64,000 bases of DNA from NCBI RefSeq assembly GCF_035084215.1, contig NW_027138407.1:1054001-1118000 (forward strand). The letters are read 5' to 3'. This DNA is from Heptranchias perlo. Its lineage: Eukaryota. The notes below the pieces were generated by a model. The model was not told where the DNA came from and searched no databases. It worked only from the letters and a program-made list of their open reading frames with translations. The position numbers and the translations under genes were made by a program. Positions 25,522-38,578 of the stretch are shown piece after piece; the first letter of the stretch is position 1, and each line of letters begins with the position of its first letter.

Positions 25522-27000
25522 CATAGAGTTATAGAAACATAGAAAGTTACGTCACAGAAAGAGGCCATTCGGCCCATCGTGTCAGTGCCGGCCGAAAAAG
25601 AGCTTTCCAGCTTAATCCCACTTTCCAGCAGTTTGTCCTTTGCCCTGTAGGTTACGGCACTTCAAATGCATATCCAAGTACTTTTTAAATGGGGTGAGGG
25701 TTTCTGCCTCTACCACTCTTTCAGGTTATGAGTTCCAGACCCCACCACCCTCTGGGTTAAAAGATTTCTCCTCAGCTCCCCTCTCATCTTTCTACCAATT
25801 ACTTCAAATTTATGCCCCTTGGTCTCTGAACCCCCTGCTAAGGGAAATTTGTCCTCCCTATCCACTCCATCTAGTACCATAATAATTTTACATTCCTGAA
25901 TTAAATCTCCCCTCAGCCTCCTTTGTTCCAAAGAAGACAACACCAGCCTATCCAATATTTTCTCATAGCTAAAATTCTCCAGCCCTGGCAACATCCTCGT
26001 AAATCTCATCTGAACGCTGTAATGTGGTGACCAGAATTGTATGCAATACTCAAACTGTGGCCTTACCAATGTTTTTTACAGTTCTAGCATAACCTCCCTG
26101 CTCTTATATTCTATGCCTCGGGGAATAAAGGAACGCATCCCGTATGCCCTTTTAACCGCCTTATCTACCTGCCCTGCTATCTTCAGGGATCTGCGGACAT
26201 GTATTCCAAGGTCCCTTTGTTCCTTTACACCTCTCAGTATCCTTCCATTTATTGTGTATTCCTTTGTCATGTTTACCCTCCCCAAATGCATTACATCACA
26301 CTTCTCTGGATTAAATTCCATTTGACACTTTTCTTCCCACCTGGCCAGTCCAATGATATCTTCCTGCAGTCGACAGCCTTCCTCCTTCCTATAAACCACA
26401 CGGCCAATTTTTGTATCGTCTGAAAACTTCTTGATCAAGCCCCCCGCGACCCCCACCCCCACATTCAAGTCCAAATCATTAATATATACCACAAAAGGCA
26501 AGAGATCTGGTACTGAGCCTTTCAGAACCACACTGGAAACAGCCTTCCTGTCGCAAAAACACCCGCCAACCATTATCTTTTGCTTCCTGCCAATGAGCCA
26601 ATTTTGAATCCAACTAGCGACTTTCCCTTGAATCCAATGGGCTTTTTTGACCAGTCCGCCATGTGGGACCTTTCCAAAGCCTTCCTAAAATCCATGTATA
26701 CTACATCAAACTCGGTACCCTCATCGACCCTCCTTGTTACCTCCCCAAAATATTTAATCAAGTTAGTCAGACACGACCTTCCCTTAACAAATCCATGCTG
26801 ACTTTCCTTAATTAACCCGTGCCTTTCTAAATGAAGATTTATGCTGTCGCTCAGAATTGATTCCAATCATTTGCCCACCACCGAGGTCAAACTGATTGGC
26901 CTATAATTACTCGGTCGATCTATTTCTCCCTTTTTAAACACGGTACAATGTAAGCAGTCCTCCAGTCCTCCAGCACCACGCCTGTAGCTGGGGAGGATTT
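25522..27000 (-). mobile_element. CR1 LINE fragment (disrupted RT)
   Basis: Minus-strand ORFs give QHGFVKGRSCLTNL, FSDDTK and VRPQFEYCIQFWSP; CATAGA-type tail at 25522-25545. Confidence 0.92.
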
Positions 27001-27360
27001 TCTATTCATTTAAGACCAACCCTGCCTGAGTTGCATTGCACTGGAACCGGACTCTGTTTGTGTTACACGAGGGCATGTCTTGATTGTTATTATACCAGGC
27101 CTGTCTCAGTTACAACTCCACTTGACACTGTCTCTGCTTAAATTATACTAGACCCTGTCTCAGTTATTACTGCACTTGAGCACGTCTTGATTGCATGAGA
27201 CGAGGCCTTGTGTGAGTTATCACTGCAGTAGACTCTGTCCCTGTTAATATTACACTCGGCTCTGTCTGTTGTTAACTGCACCAGGACTTGCCTCTATTTA
27301 CACAACAGTAGACCCTCTCTCATTTAACACTGCAACTAAACCATGTCTCTGACTATAATG

Positions 27361-27575
27361 ATGTGGAGATGCCGGTGATGGACTGGGGTTGACAAATGTA
27401 AGGAATCTTACAACACCAGGTTATAGTCCAACTGTTTTATTTGAAAATCACAAGCTTTCGGAGGCTTTCTCCTTCGTCACACTCGCTCAGCTGACGAAGG
27501 AGAAAGCCTCCGAAAGCTTGTGATTTTCAAATAAAACAGTTGGACTATAACCTGGTGTTGTTAGATTCCTTACAT
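27361..27575. mobile_element. Penelope-like element remnant with inverted pseudo-LTR ends
   Basis: 84-bp inverted arms at 27396-27479 and 27492-27575 (1 mismatch), 12-nt loop, TSD CTGACTATAATG at 27349-27360 and 27576-27587, and a CTGACGA...GAAA hammerhead core. Confidence 0.8.
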
Positions 27576-28655
27576 CTGACTATAATGCCATAGACTATGT
27601 CTCAGTTAGAACTGCACTAGAGCCTGTCGTTGCTAATATTACATAAGGCCCTGTCTCAATTGTTACTACACTAGACCGTGCCTTTGATCATATTACAGAA
27701 GGCCATGTCTCTTTTAATATTACACCAGTCCCTTTCTCTGAACATATTACACCAGAGCATGGCCCTGCTTGTGGTACAGTGGACCCTGTCTCAGATAATA
27801 TTACATTACTCTGTTTTTATTACACTCGGCCATTTCTCAGCGAATACATCAGTATACCATGCCTCTGTTTATATTACACTAGACCACATCATTTTTATAT
27901 TATACTCGGCCCTGACTCATTTATTATTGCACTAGACACTATCTATGTTGATATTACACTTGACACTGCCTCAGTTATTGCTGCAATTGACCACGTCTCT
28001 GCTCATTTGACACGCAGCCATGTGTGAAATAGTACGTCACCAGACCCTGTCACTATTATTATTACACTTAGCCCTGTCTCAGTTACCACTGCCCAGAACA
28101 TACCTCTTATTTTACACGACACCATCTCTCCTTTAATACTGCACTAGACCATGTCTCCAGCTATATTGCAATATACTATGTCTCAGTTAGCACTGCACAA
28201 GAGGCTGTCTCTGTTGAAATTACACGAGATCCTCTCTCAGATATTATTGCACTAGTCTCTGTCTCTGTTTATACTACAATAGGTCATGTCTTAATCATTA
28301 CTGTGCTAGACCATGCCTCTGTTTCTATTGCACTGGACCATTTCTCAGCTAATACTGCAGTAGATCATGCCAGTGTTTATATTTCAGTAGACGGTGTCAT
28401 CGTTATATTACACAAGGCCCTGACTCAGTTATTGCTGCACTAAACCATGTCTCTGTTTATATTGCACTCGCCTACCTCTCTGTTAAAATTACACCATGCC
28501 GGTCTCAATTATTACTGGACAAGAAAACGCCTCTGTTTATATTACACTGGATCTGTCGCAATTATTGATGTACTAGCGCACGCCTCTCTTTATTTTACAC
28601 TAGGCTGCTTAATCTATTTAATTAAAATCAGACCCTATCTCAGTTGTGCTGTACA

Positions 28656-31316
28656 CGGCAGGAGTGAGAGGGGGTATATCCGAGGGTTCGGCCATTGAGT
28701 CTATATGGGTAGAACTGAAAAATAAGAAGGGAGAGATCACTTTGATAGGATTGTACTACAGACCCCTGTAGTCAACGGGAAATTGAGGAGCAAATATGTA
28801 AGGAGATTACAGACAGCTGCAAGAAAAATAGAGTGGTAATAGTAGGGGACTTTAACTTTCCCAATATTGACTGGGACAGCCATAGCATTAGGGGCTTGGA
28901 TGGAGAGAAATTTGTTGAGTGTATTCAGGAGGAATTTCTCATTCAGTATGTGGATGGCCCGACTAGAGAGGGGGCAAAACTTGACCTCCTCTTGGGAAAT
29001 AATGAAGGGCAGGTGACAGAAGTGTTAGTGAGGCATCACTTTGGGACCAGTGATCATAATTCCATTAGTTTTAAGATAGCTATGGAGAATGATAGGTCTG
29101 GCCCAAAAGTTAAAATTCTAAATTGTGGAAAGGCCAATTTTGATGGTATTAGACAGGAACTTTCAGAAGTTGATTGGGCGAGTCTGTTGGCAGGCAAAGG
29201 GACGTCTGGTAAGTGGGAGGCTTTCAAAAGTGTGTTAACCAGGGTTCAGGGTAAGCACATTCCTTATAAAGTGAAGGGCAAGGCTGGTAGAAGTAGGGAA
29301 CCTTGGATGACTCGGGAGATTGTGGCCCTTGTCAAAAAGAAGAAGGAGGCATATGACATGCATAGACAGCTGGGATCAAGTGGATCCCTTGAAGAGTATA
29401 GAGATTGCCGGAGTAGAGTTAAGAGAGAAATCAGGAGGGCAAAAAGGGGACATGAGATTGATTTGGCAGATAAGGCAAAGGAGAATCCAAAGATCTTCTA
29501 CAAATACATAAAGGGCAAAAGAGTAACTAGGGAGAGAGTAGGGCCTCTTAAGGATGAACAAGGTCATCTATGTGCGGAACCACAAGAGATGGGTGAGATC
29601 CGGAATGAATATTTCACATCGGTATTTACGGTTGAGAAAGGCATGGATGTTAGGGAACTTGGGGAAATAAATAGTGATGTCTTGAGGAGTGTACATATTA
29701 CAGAGAGGGAGGTGCTGGAAGTCTAAACGCGCATCAAGGTAGATAAATCTCCGGGACCTGATGAAATGTATCCCAGGACGTTATGGGAGGTTAGGGAGGA
29801 AATTGTGGGTCCCCTAGCAGAGATATTTGAATCATCGACAGCTACAGGTGAGGTGCCTGAAGATTGGAGGGTAGTAAATGTTGTGCCTTTGTTTAAGAAG
29901 GGCGGCAGGGAAAAGCCTGGGAACTACAGACCGGTGAGCCTGACCTCTGTAGTTGGTAAGTTGTTAGAGGGTATTCTGAGGGACAGGATCTACAGGCATT
30001 TGGAGAGGCAGGGACTGATTAGGAACAGTCAGCATGGTTTTGTGAGAGGAAAATCATGTCTCACGAATTTGATTGAGTTTTTTGAAGGGGTAACCAAGAA
30101 GATAGATGAGGGCTGTGCAGTAGACGTGGTCTACATGGACTTCAGCAAAGCCTTGACAAGGTACTGCATGGTAGATTGTTACATAAGGTTAAATCTCACG
30201 GGATCCAAGGTGAGGTAGCCAATTGGATACAAAATTAGATTGACGACAGAAGACAGAGGGTGGTTGCAGAGGGTTGTTTTTCAAACTGGAGGCCTGTCTC
30301 CAGCGGTGTGCCTCAAGGATCGGTGCTGGGTCCTCTGTTATTTGTTATTTATATTAATGATTTGGATGAGAATTTAGGAGGCATGGTTAGTAAGTTTGCA
30401 GATGACACCAAGATTGGTAGCATTGTGGACAGTGAAGAAGGTTATCTAGGATTGCAACGGGATCTTGATAAATTGGGCCAGTGGGCCGATGAATGGCAGA
30501 TGGAGTTTAATTTAGATAAATGTGAGGTGATGCATTTTGGTAGATCTAATCGGGCCAGGACCTACTCCGTTAATGGTAGGGCGTTGGGGAGAGTTATAGA
30601 ACAAAGAGATCTAGGCGTACAGGTTCATAACTCCTTGAAAGTGGAGTCACAGGTGGATGGAGTGGTGAAGAAGGCATTCAGCATGCTTGGTTTCATTGGT
30701 CAGAACATTGAATACAGGAGTTGGGATGTCTTGTTGAAGTTGTACAAGACATTAGTAAGGCCACACTTGGAATACTGTGTACAGTTCTGGTCACCCTATT
30801 ATAGAAAGGATATTATTAAACTAGAAAGAGTGCAGAAAAGATTTACTAGGATGCTACCGGGACTTGATGGTTTGACTTATAGGGAGAGGTTAGATCGACT
30901 GGGACTTTTTTCCCTGGACAGTAGGAGGTTAAGGGGTGATCTTATAGAAGTCTATAAAATAATGAGGGGCATAGATAAGGTAGATAGTCAAAATCTTTTC
31001 CCAAAGGTAGGGGAGTCTATAACGAGGGGGCATAGATTTAAGGTGAGAGGGGAGAGATACAAAAGGGTCCAGAGGGGCAATTTTTTCACTCAAAAGGTGG
31101 TGAGTGTCTGGAACGAGCTGCCAGAGGCAGTAGTAGAGGCGGGTACAATTTTGTCTTTTAAAAAGCATTTGGACAGTTACATGGGTAAGATGGGTATAGA
31201 GGGATATGGGCCAAGTGCAGGCAATTGGGACTAGCTTAGTGGTATAAACTGGGCGACATGGACATGTTGGGCCGAGGGGCCTGTTGTTGTAACTTCTATG
31301 ATTCTATGATTCTATG
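28656..31316 (+). mobile_element. CR1 LINE ORF2 (endonuclease C-terminus plus RT), 5'-truncated and frameshifted
   Basis: ORFs 28833-29726 (VGDFNFP, LDL, SDH endonuclease motifs), 29766-30218 (PGNYRPVSLTS) and 30260-31234 (GVPQGSVLGP, FADDT); (TTCTATGA)n tail. Confidence 0.96.
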
Positions 31317-33439
31317 TCTCTGTTTATATTACACTAAACCATGTCTCAGTTATTATTGCACTAGCCCACGAGTCTTTTAATATTACACTCGGCCACGCCT
31401 CAATTATTACTGTACAATAACATGCCTCTGTTTATATTACACTAGATTTTCTCGCAGTTACTAATGTACTAGACAATGCCTTTGTTTATATTACACGAGA
31501 CCATGTTTCCGTTGGTATTATACTCGGCCTGCCTCAGTTATTAGTGCACTAGACACCGTCTCTGTTTATATTATACCATACCCTGCCTCAGTTATTAGTG
31601 CACTAGACACCGGCTCTGTTTATATTCCACCAGGCCCTGTCTCAGTTATTAATGCATTTGACCACGTCTCTGCTTAGAGAACACAAGGCCATGTCACAGT
31701 TTGTATTACACTGGACCCTATCTGGGTTATTACTGCTCTGCACCCTGTCTCTGTTCATATTATACTATTCCCAGTCTCAGTTATTACTGCAATAGGCACT
31801 ACTCATGTTTATATTACATTATTCCCTGTCACATTTATTACTGCACTAGGCTATGTCTCTGAATATTTTGCAATATGTCATGTCTCTGTTTAAATTACAC
31901 CAGAGCGTCTCTCATTTAATCCTGCACTAGACCATGTCTCTGACTATATTACATTAGGCCCTCTCTCGGTTACTTCTGCACTAGGACCTGTGTCTGTTTA
32001 AATTACAATAAACCCTGTCTCAGTTATTACGGCACTTGGCCAATGTTTCCGATTATATTACAATAGACGATGTCTAAATTAGCACTGCACTAGACGCTGT
32101 CTCTGTTGATATGAAACTAGACTATGTCTCTGTTCATATTATTCTGGACCATGTCTCAGTCATTATTACACCAGCCCAGTCTCTGTTAGTAGTACACGAA
32201 GCCATGTCTCAATTATTACTGTACAAGAACATGCCTCTGTTTATTTTACACGAGACCAGTTCTTTGTTTGTTTAAAACCAGACCCTGCCTCAGTTGTACT
32301 GCAATGGAACCTGTCTCTGTTCATATTACACTGGACCATGCCTCTATTGGTATTGCACTGAGCCTGTGTCAGTTATTACTGCACTAGACTCTATTTATAA
32401 TAAACTAGACCCTGTTTCAGTTATTACTGTACCTGACCATGTCTCTGACTATATGACACTAGGCCAAGTGTTTTTATTACCGCTGTAGACTCTGTCTTTG
32501 TTCGGATTACACTCGGTCCTGTCTCAGTTATTACTTCACTGGAACATGCCTCTGATTATGTTACACTGGACCATCTCACATTTTATACTGCACTCGCCCA
32601 CGTCTCTGTAAATATTACACTAAGCCAGTCTCAATTATTACTGCACAAGAACATGCCTCTGTTTATATTACACTGCACTTTGTTATTAATGTACTCGACC
32701 ATTTGCCTGTTTATCTTACACGAGGCTACTTCTCTGTTTATTTAAAACCAGACCCTGCCTCATTTGAATTGCACTCGAACCCGTCTCTGTTTACATTACA
32801 CTGGACCATGTCTCTATTGGAATTACATCAGGCCCTGTCTCGTCTTTTATGCACTAGAATATGCTTTTTTTATATTTCACTAGTCCCTGTCTCTGAATAT
32901 ATTTCACTTGACCATGTCTCTGATTATAGTGCTTTCGACCCTGCCTCAGATATTCCTTCACTAATCCCTGACCCTGTTTATATTGAACTAGGCCATGTCT
33001 CTGTTTATATTAAACTTTGATGAGGCAACGTTATGATCTCATGTCATTATCAGTCCACGCAAATTGACAGCAATTCTAATAATTGGAGCTTAATTGTTGT
33101 CTCATTCCTTGATCGATGTGCTGAGTCGAGTCCATGACTCGATGTAACACTGATCGAGTGCGGTCGAGGGTTTCTCGGTGTGCAAGGAGAAATCTGCACG
33201 ACTCTTTCTGCATGTATTGTTTGCTACCCCCTGGTGGGCACAAGTAGCAATTACACTGATTGCAATGAAGAGCATGAAAATGGCATATTCGTTTTCTAGT
33301 CCATTAAGAAGGAATATGCATTTAAACGTCATCTTATCACGTGTTCCGAATGTTTCAAAGCGATTCCAGTACATAGCAATTCTATTAATTGGAGCGATCT
33401 GGAATGAGTTAAATGTGATCTGATTGAATTGATCATTTT

Positions 33440-34930
33440 AACATCAACATTTTGCATTTATACAGCGCCTGTAACATAGTAAAATGTGCCAAGATGCTTC
33501 ACAGGAATGTAATCAGGCAACATTTGACAGGGAGCCATAGAAAGAGATAATAGGACAGGTGACCAAAACGCTTGGTAGGTATGATTTAAGGAGAGAGAGG
33601 CAGATAAATGGAGAAGTTAAAGGAGGATATTACAGAGCTGAGGGCTGGACGGCTAATAGCAGGAACGGGAATAGAACATTCGAGCCCTCGAGCCTATTCC
33701 GCTATTTAATTCATAGCTGATCTGTGTCTTAACTCCATTTACCCGCCTTGGTTCCATAAACCTTAATAATCTTGCTCAACACAAATCGATCAATGTCAAT
33801 TTTGAAATGTTCAGTTGGGCCTCAGCCTCAACAGTTGTTAGTGGGAGAGAGTTCCAGATTTCCGCTATCCTTTGTGCGAAAAAAAGTGCTTTCTGGTATC
33901 ACCCCTCAACGGCCGAGCTCTAATTTTAAGGTTATGCCCTTTGGCTCTGGTCACCCCCCTTCCCCCACCCCGCAGAAGAAGTTGCACAATGAAAGAGGAG
34001 AGGCAATTGAAACTAAATGGTACAATTTTGAAGGGGTGCAAGAACCGAGAGGCCTGGGGGCTGAACGTACACAAATCTTTAAAGGTGGCAGGACAAGTTG
34101 ATGAGGCTGTTTAAAAAAGCAGATGGGATACTGAGCTTTTAATAGAGGCATAGAGTAAAAAAGCAAGAAAGTTATGCTGAACCTTTATAAAACATTGGTC
34201 AGGCCCCAGCTGGAGTATTATGCCAAATTCCGCGCACCATACTTTAGGAAGTGTGTCAAGGTCTTGGAGAGGATGGAGAGGGATTTTACTATACTGGTAG
34301 CAGAGAAGAAGGACGTCAGTTATGTGGAGAGACGAGAGAAGCTCGGATTGTTCTCCTCAGAGCAGAGGAGGTTAAGGAGAGATTTAATAGATGTGTTCAA
34401 AATTATGAAGAGTCTTGACAGAGTAGATAGAGAGAAAATCTTTCCACTGGCAGGACGAGTGGTACCCAGAGGACACAGATATCAGCTAACTGGTGAAAGA
34501 ACAAGAGGGGAGAGCAGGACTTCTTTTATACACAGCGAGTTGTTATGATCTGGAATACACTACCTGAAAGATTGGTTGAAACAGGTTCAATAGTAACATT
34601 CCAAAAGGATATTGGATAAATATTTGAAAAGAATAAAAACATTGCACGACCATGGGGAAAGAGCAGGCGAGTAGGACCAATTCAATAGCTCTTTCAAAGA
34701 GCCGGTACTGGCACAATGAGTCGAATGGCTGTGAACTATTTTAATATATTTTGGTTATGTGGGCTGAAGGGATAATTTTATGCATTGGAACATAGGAACA
34801 GGAGAAGACCATCCTGCTCCTCGAGTCTGTTCCGCCATTAAGTTAGATCATAACTGAACTGTACCTTAATCTGTGTACTCAAAGGAATACAAGTCAAGTC
34901 GATATAACCTGTCCTCATAATCTAACCTTT
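33440..34930. mobile_element. Mixed L2/CR1 fragments in both orientations
   Basis: ORF 34174-34548 has LYKTLVRPQLEY...RRLRRDLIDVFKIMK; reverse CR1 end at 33660-33955; reverse L2 tail at about 33450-33650. Confidence 0.7.
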
Positions 34931-37609
34931 ATAAACTTGTTTCTTTTTCAATAGAAAATTTGGTGCTGGAGGAGCTGACTTACATGAGAGTATGCTCGCG
35001 TTGGAGCAAATAAAAAAAGATGGCGACAGAGCTCATAGATTTGTTCTCGCCAAAATTTGCAATGCACAATGTGACAAGTTTACAAACGGGGTTTCTGTTC
35101 ACGTGATGTCTGCAAAAGAATTAGTAATGAAAGGAAATCTGACGCAAAGTGTAAGAAAACTGTAACATCCGAAGTAAGGCCTTGTAGATAGGAATTACGG
35201 CGAATGATTCCCAATTTAGTGTGATATCACAATAGATTTATGATGAAACCCTGGCAACTTGGGAAGCTGAGATGTAGAGTTGGGTGATTCTATCTAATGC
35301 GCCTATTGAAATGGGAGATGAAAGGCTACAGCATTATCCAAGGGAGAAGGTGCAAATACAGAATGATCGAGTTAATCAGGGAGTTTCATTATAATTCTGG
35401 ACATAGTAATTTGAGGAAGATAGATGAAGGTTGGGTTGAGTACATTGATATGGAGAGACACCAATGGAGGGAGATAAAGGTGTGACTGAGTACAGTGAGG
35501 GATACGGAGCGACATCAACAGTGGGAGATAGAAAGAAGGGTTTACTGAGTACGGGGAGTGATACAGAGAGAAACCATCAGAGGGAGATAGATAAACTTAT
35601 AACCTCCACCTATTTATCCAATCCGTCCGTCCATTAAGCTTCTCATTCACCTATTTATCCATTCCCCAAATATTCTGCAACATTGAAGCAACCATAACTG
35701 TTGGGATCTATGGTCACTCCTTCTGTCTGTCTGACTGTCTCTCCCTCTCATTCTCTATCTCTATCTCCTTGTTCTTCTGTCTGTTTGTCCGTCAATGTGC
35801 ACCCTTGAACCGTGGCCCTATTTTGGATCATTGTAGTTAGGGTGCAATTGTTCATTGTGTGTTGACTGTTGCAATTGGCTGGGTGGTTAAGGGGCCATGG
35901 CAGAGAGAATCAGTTACACCAACATTATTAATGCATCATCAACTTCAACTACTTAGCAAGTGCGTCTGTCTAAATGAACTTCCATATAACCAATAGGGTT
36001 GTGTTTTGAAAGCATGCGAATATTGTTGCTGGGCAAACTTGTTTGGTAAATAAGTTCCATTCTTAATAGATGGGGATTGGAGTTAGCTTTATATTGCTGA
36101 TCAGTGGGCTGGAAACAGCTCATTGATTTTTCTGCACAGAACCCACAGATGTTTCCTGTAAATTGCATTGTGAGTTCTCGCCCCTCCCTGACTGTGAAAT
36201 GATGAATTTCTATCACAAAATATGTGGGAGATATATCATCTGAGTGTGGGTGGGAACAAAATGGAATTTAACGCTTCGACTAAAGAATGATTCGGCAACG
36301 TTCATGAAAATATGTTTTGTCTGTTATGACATTAAAAATGTGACCTTTCGTACATAACAAGTGCACAACCACATAAAATACGACTAGAGCAATGTAAAGA
36401 GTTTGAGACATTAATTAAGGAAGTTTTACCGAAATATAAAGTCAATTCTACACTTATTAAATGCGATGTTGTATTATATTCCTGCAGAATGCAATGGAAA
36501 TTGTGCTGGTATCACTTACACATAGAAACGTGCAGATATAAAGAGCGCAATAACCAATATGTTACCAGATTTTGATTCCATTGATCATTTTGAACCTGAC
36601 CCCATAAAATGCATTCTGTCGAGGTACAGTCCCAGCAATAGAGCCTCTGACCGGGAATTCTAGTTACACACTAAGGGTTTGGTCTAATTGTAATTGACAA
36701 CCTTTATGTTTTAAAATGAATCTCGCACCTGGTCAGCTGTGAGAAATGTGCCCTTGGTATTAGAACAGCTGTCCGCAGCTGGGTTAGCGTCGGCGCTGAA
36801 CCAAACTGCACCATGGTGACACGCAATTAAAGCAATCAATTTAATGATTTCCCTTACTTGGTACAAATTAAAAAGTTGCCTAAAACTAATGATATCACAA
36901 ATGCAATTTCTCCTTTAATCGATTTGCACTGATCGATAATGTTTAATCTGCAGTGTTGACGGCATGTCCATTGTCTGTGGGACACTAAGGTAACTACAAA
37001 TAGAAAGGGAGGCTGCCTGATTTAATTCTCACCCAGACAGATTCGGACGGACTATGCAGTCCTCACACCTAAAAAGATCGGTATCGATCTTAACTTGTAT
37101 AATTTAGAATTGTTGTGTATGAAATAAAGTGACAGTCTTCACACAGGTGAACTAAGAGCCAGTGCCCGATTGTACCAGGGACGATTGTATTAGGTGCGGA
37201 GTTGCACAGAAGCGATGGATGCTATCTGACAATAAATAGTGCTATTCCCAAACTTTCTCTTTCCGTCCTGGAAACAAATATAATAAACTCTTTTGTCCTT
37301 TTCCAGCCATCGCACAAACAGGTGCCAATCGGGAATGGACACTGAGTAAATGCGTGGTGGGTGTGGGGAATGTAAATTCTCACACTGATGCAATTTTAAA
37401 CTATACCTGTTTTGGATAGATGGTATCATCGCGAATAATAAATCCAAAATCAAAGATAAAGTATTTTTGGGAATCGACACGTAACACGGATTATTAATGG
37501 TTATTTTTTTTTACCCATCTTGAATCGGATTTGAAAATAGAGGAGGAGTCAAGCTGCTGATGGGAGAGGCGTCCCCAGCTCTCTCTCACACACATAAGGA
37601 TCCACCCAG

Positions 37610-37617
37610 TTTAAATA
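37610..37617 (+). promoter_or_regulatory. Candidate VH promoter TATA-like box
   Basis: TTTAAATA about 92 nt upstream of the leader ATG; an alternative TATATA lies at 37669-37674. No perfect octamer seen nearby. Confidence 0.45.
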
Positions 37618-37708
37618 GCGGGACGGTTCGGCTTCAAGTTCACAATCAGGAGGCTGTTCTGTGGCGCCTATATACTGTACCGAGCCAGTTATACCAAGAG
37701 TCCGAACG

Positions 37709-37754
37709 ATGGGACTTGCTTCATGCATCTGTTTGTTACTAACTTTCTTCACCT
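37709..37754 (+). CDS. IGHV: VH leader exon, cluster 2
   Basis: ATG...ACC T|gtgagt; 46 nt. Spliced leader reads MGLASCICLLLTFFTYVRS. Confidence 0.93.
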
Positions 37755-37874
37755 GTGAGTTTTTCTGACTGCTTTATTGCTGTATTAGAAATGAGTATTA
37801 GATATTGTGTTTTGATTTCTATTAATTGATTTGAATGTATCCAATTTTAATTGGATTTTTTTCTTCACTGGCAG

Positions 37875-38177
37875 ATGTCCGGTCCGATATCGTGCTGACA
37901 CAGCCGGCTTCAGAGACTAAAAAGCCCGGAGAATCTCTCAAACTGTCCTGTTCAGTGAGCGGTTTCAGTCTGGATAGTTACTATGTGCACTGGGTGAAGC
38001 AGGTTACCGGGAAGGGGCTGGAGTGGTTACTTGCTTACAGACGTCCGTCGGATAGCATTTATTACGCGCCTGGAGTCGAAGGTCGAATCGTCCCTTCAAG
38101 AGACTCGACCACAACATATATTACAATCAATAGTCTGAAAGCCGACGACACCGCCATGTATTACTGTGCAAAAGACT
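37875..38177 (+). CDS. IGHV: Unrearranged VH exon (IgW-like sequence), cluster 2
   Basis: ggcag|ATGTCC acceptor. Open frame DIVLTQP...LSCSVSGF...WVKQVTGKGLEWL...DTAMYYCAKD with both canonical Cys and the Trp, followed directly by an RSS. Confidence 0.97.
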
Positions 38178-38216
38178 CACAGCGACCGAATCAAGTCCTG
38201 GGCTCGTACAGAAACA
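38178..38216 (+). other. VH 23-RSS
   Basis: Heptamer CACAGCG, 23-nt spacer, nonamer ACAGAAACA. Confidence 0.93.
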
Positions 38217-38578
38217 GAACAGGAACAATTGCAGCAACTCCCATCGAAAGCTGACGGTCAGTAATGGCATAAAATATATTAAGAGTTGTGATGCAACCTA
38301 GATTGGAATGAGGTATTTGCTACAACAATAAACTGGCTAAGAATAAAATATACATCAGCGAAGTTGGTATAGAAGAGGACCCATTGTTACTGTTTACAAT
38401 GCCCGGGATTGGAGACGAGGGGTTCAATGAATGCTTTAATATTGTATCAGTGGCCACAATTTTTGGTCCAATTTTGCCCATCTGAAAACAATTCTTGATA
38501 GATTCTGAACAAATTCTGCTAAAACCTTCTGTTGACTGAGCGATTTATTTCCTAAGGTGTTGAACTGAGAGTGAGTGC

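Larger units (their letters stand above)
24100..33020. repeat. 27-bp satellite array with alternating A/B units (54-bp dimer), interrupted by three insertions
   Basis: A = CTAGACCATGTCTCTGTTTATATTACA, B = CTAGACCCTGTCTCAGTTATTACTGCA. Segments at 24100-25520, 27005-27360, 27576-28655 and 31315-33020. Confidence 0.93.

Noticed and set aside
24100-33020. Short hydrophobic ORFs and an array-like pattern
   Set aside because: Translations of the 27-bp satellite; no spacers, no cas genes, eukaryotic context.
37388-37395. ATGCAATT as an Ig promoter octamer
   Set aside because: One mismatch, about 320 bp from the ATG in AT-rich DNA; shark VH promoters are generally described as lacking the octamer.
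37835-38254. ORF-track starts and ends for the V and C exons (e.g. [27 protein letters not shown])
   Set aside because: These extensions are intron or RSS sequence; the true boundaries are the splice sites and heptamer.
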